This document shows, piece by piece, positions 62,866 to 64,000 of a DNA stretch of 64,000 bases (position 1 is the first letter of the stretch; each line of letters starts with the position of its first letter). This DNA comes from the human T2T-CHM13v2.0 reference genome, Homo sapiens. The notes beneath the pieces were generated by a model that saw only the letters and a program-made list of their open reading frames with translations, searched no databases and was not told the DNA's origin. A program made the position numbers and the translations under genes. Where the stretch lies: assembly GCF_009914755.1 (NCBI RefSeq), contig NC_060947.1; one strand, 5' to 3'.

Positions 62866-63408
62866 AAGTGGGGACACTTTTGAGAGGACCTAGGCAGATG
62901 GAGGTCTCAAAGTCCCCATAATTTAATCAAGCAAAGGAAATGTCATTGTCTGGAATTATTGGTTGTGTTCCCTTGGTTTTTTTTGGAATTTTTTTTTACA
63001 TTTTCCAAATGGCCATAGATTAATCATCAATTATAAGAATTAGGGGGAATCTTAATATATATTTAGCCTAGCATTTCCCATATTATGTGTTAAAAACCCT
63101 TAGGTAGGTTGCTGTCACAGGAATCTGTATGCACCAGGGTCATTTGTAGTCACGATAAATAACATAACTTGCTGTCTCCTCAGCCTGAAATGCCTTTATC
63201 CCACTCTTTCCTGGCTAACCCTTCCTAATGCTTTGGGCCTTAGCTAAGAAATGACCTCCAACGGAAAGCCCTCTCCGATAACCCCAGGCTGCATTAAGTG
63301 TTTCTCCTCTTAGCTGCCAGAGCACCTTGCACTTCCCCGGCCATAATACCTATCACCCTACAATGATCTGATAACTTTCTTGTCTCCTCTGCAGACCATG
63401 AGTCTTAA

Positions 63409-63780
<372 letters not shown>

Positions 63781-64000
63781 TAGATGCTAGTAAAAAATGG
63801 GTAAATAAATAACTGAATGAATGAACGAAGTATTATGCTTTTCAAACCATGCAGATGATGTAATTATTAAATATATTAATTTTATAGTCTTAGTATTTTT
63901 AAGTAGGTATTCAACTCACAGATACATTAAGCATACATTATCATAGCTGTAAAACTCTTTGATAATAATAAGGGTTCTTCATAATTGAATATAATGAGAA

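Overview
Mammalian, primate-type DNA; AluY and L1PA2/PA3-like insertions point to a hominoid, probably human or another great ape. The window is AT-rich and dominated by transposons. I found no intact protein-coding gene: the ORF track consists of LINE-1 fragments, Alu-derived frames, a keratin-18 retrocopy and chance ORFs. The main features are a full-length antisense L1PA7-type element with TSDs (11122-17609), a processed KRT18 pseudogene (56542-58292) with an L1 inside its 3' UTR, a compound VNTR and AT-palindrome block (9447-10620), solo LTRs, Alus, and old L1M/L2/MIR/MER DNA-transposon remnants. I cannot support a new biological system here. The most interesting signals are records of genome dynamics: a probable 1.35-kb L1 3' transduction bracketed by one TSD, an apparent gene-conversion tract between two neighbouring L1s of different subfamily, two local templated duplications, and a possible L1 antisense-promoter/micro-exon arrangement. 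Subfamily names come from recalled consensus sequences, not a database search, and boundaries of old repeats are approximate.
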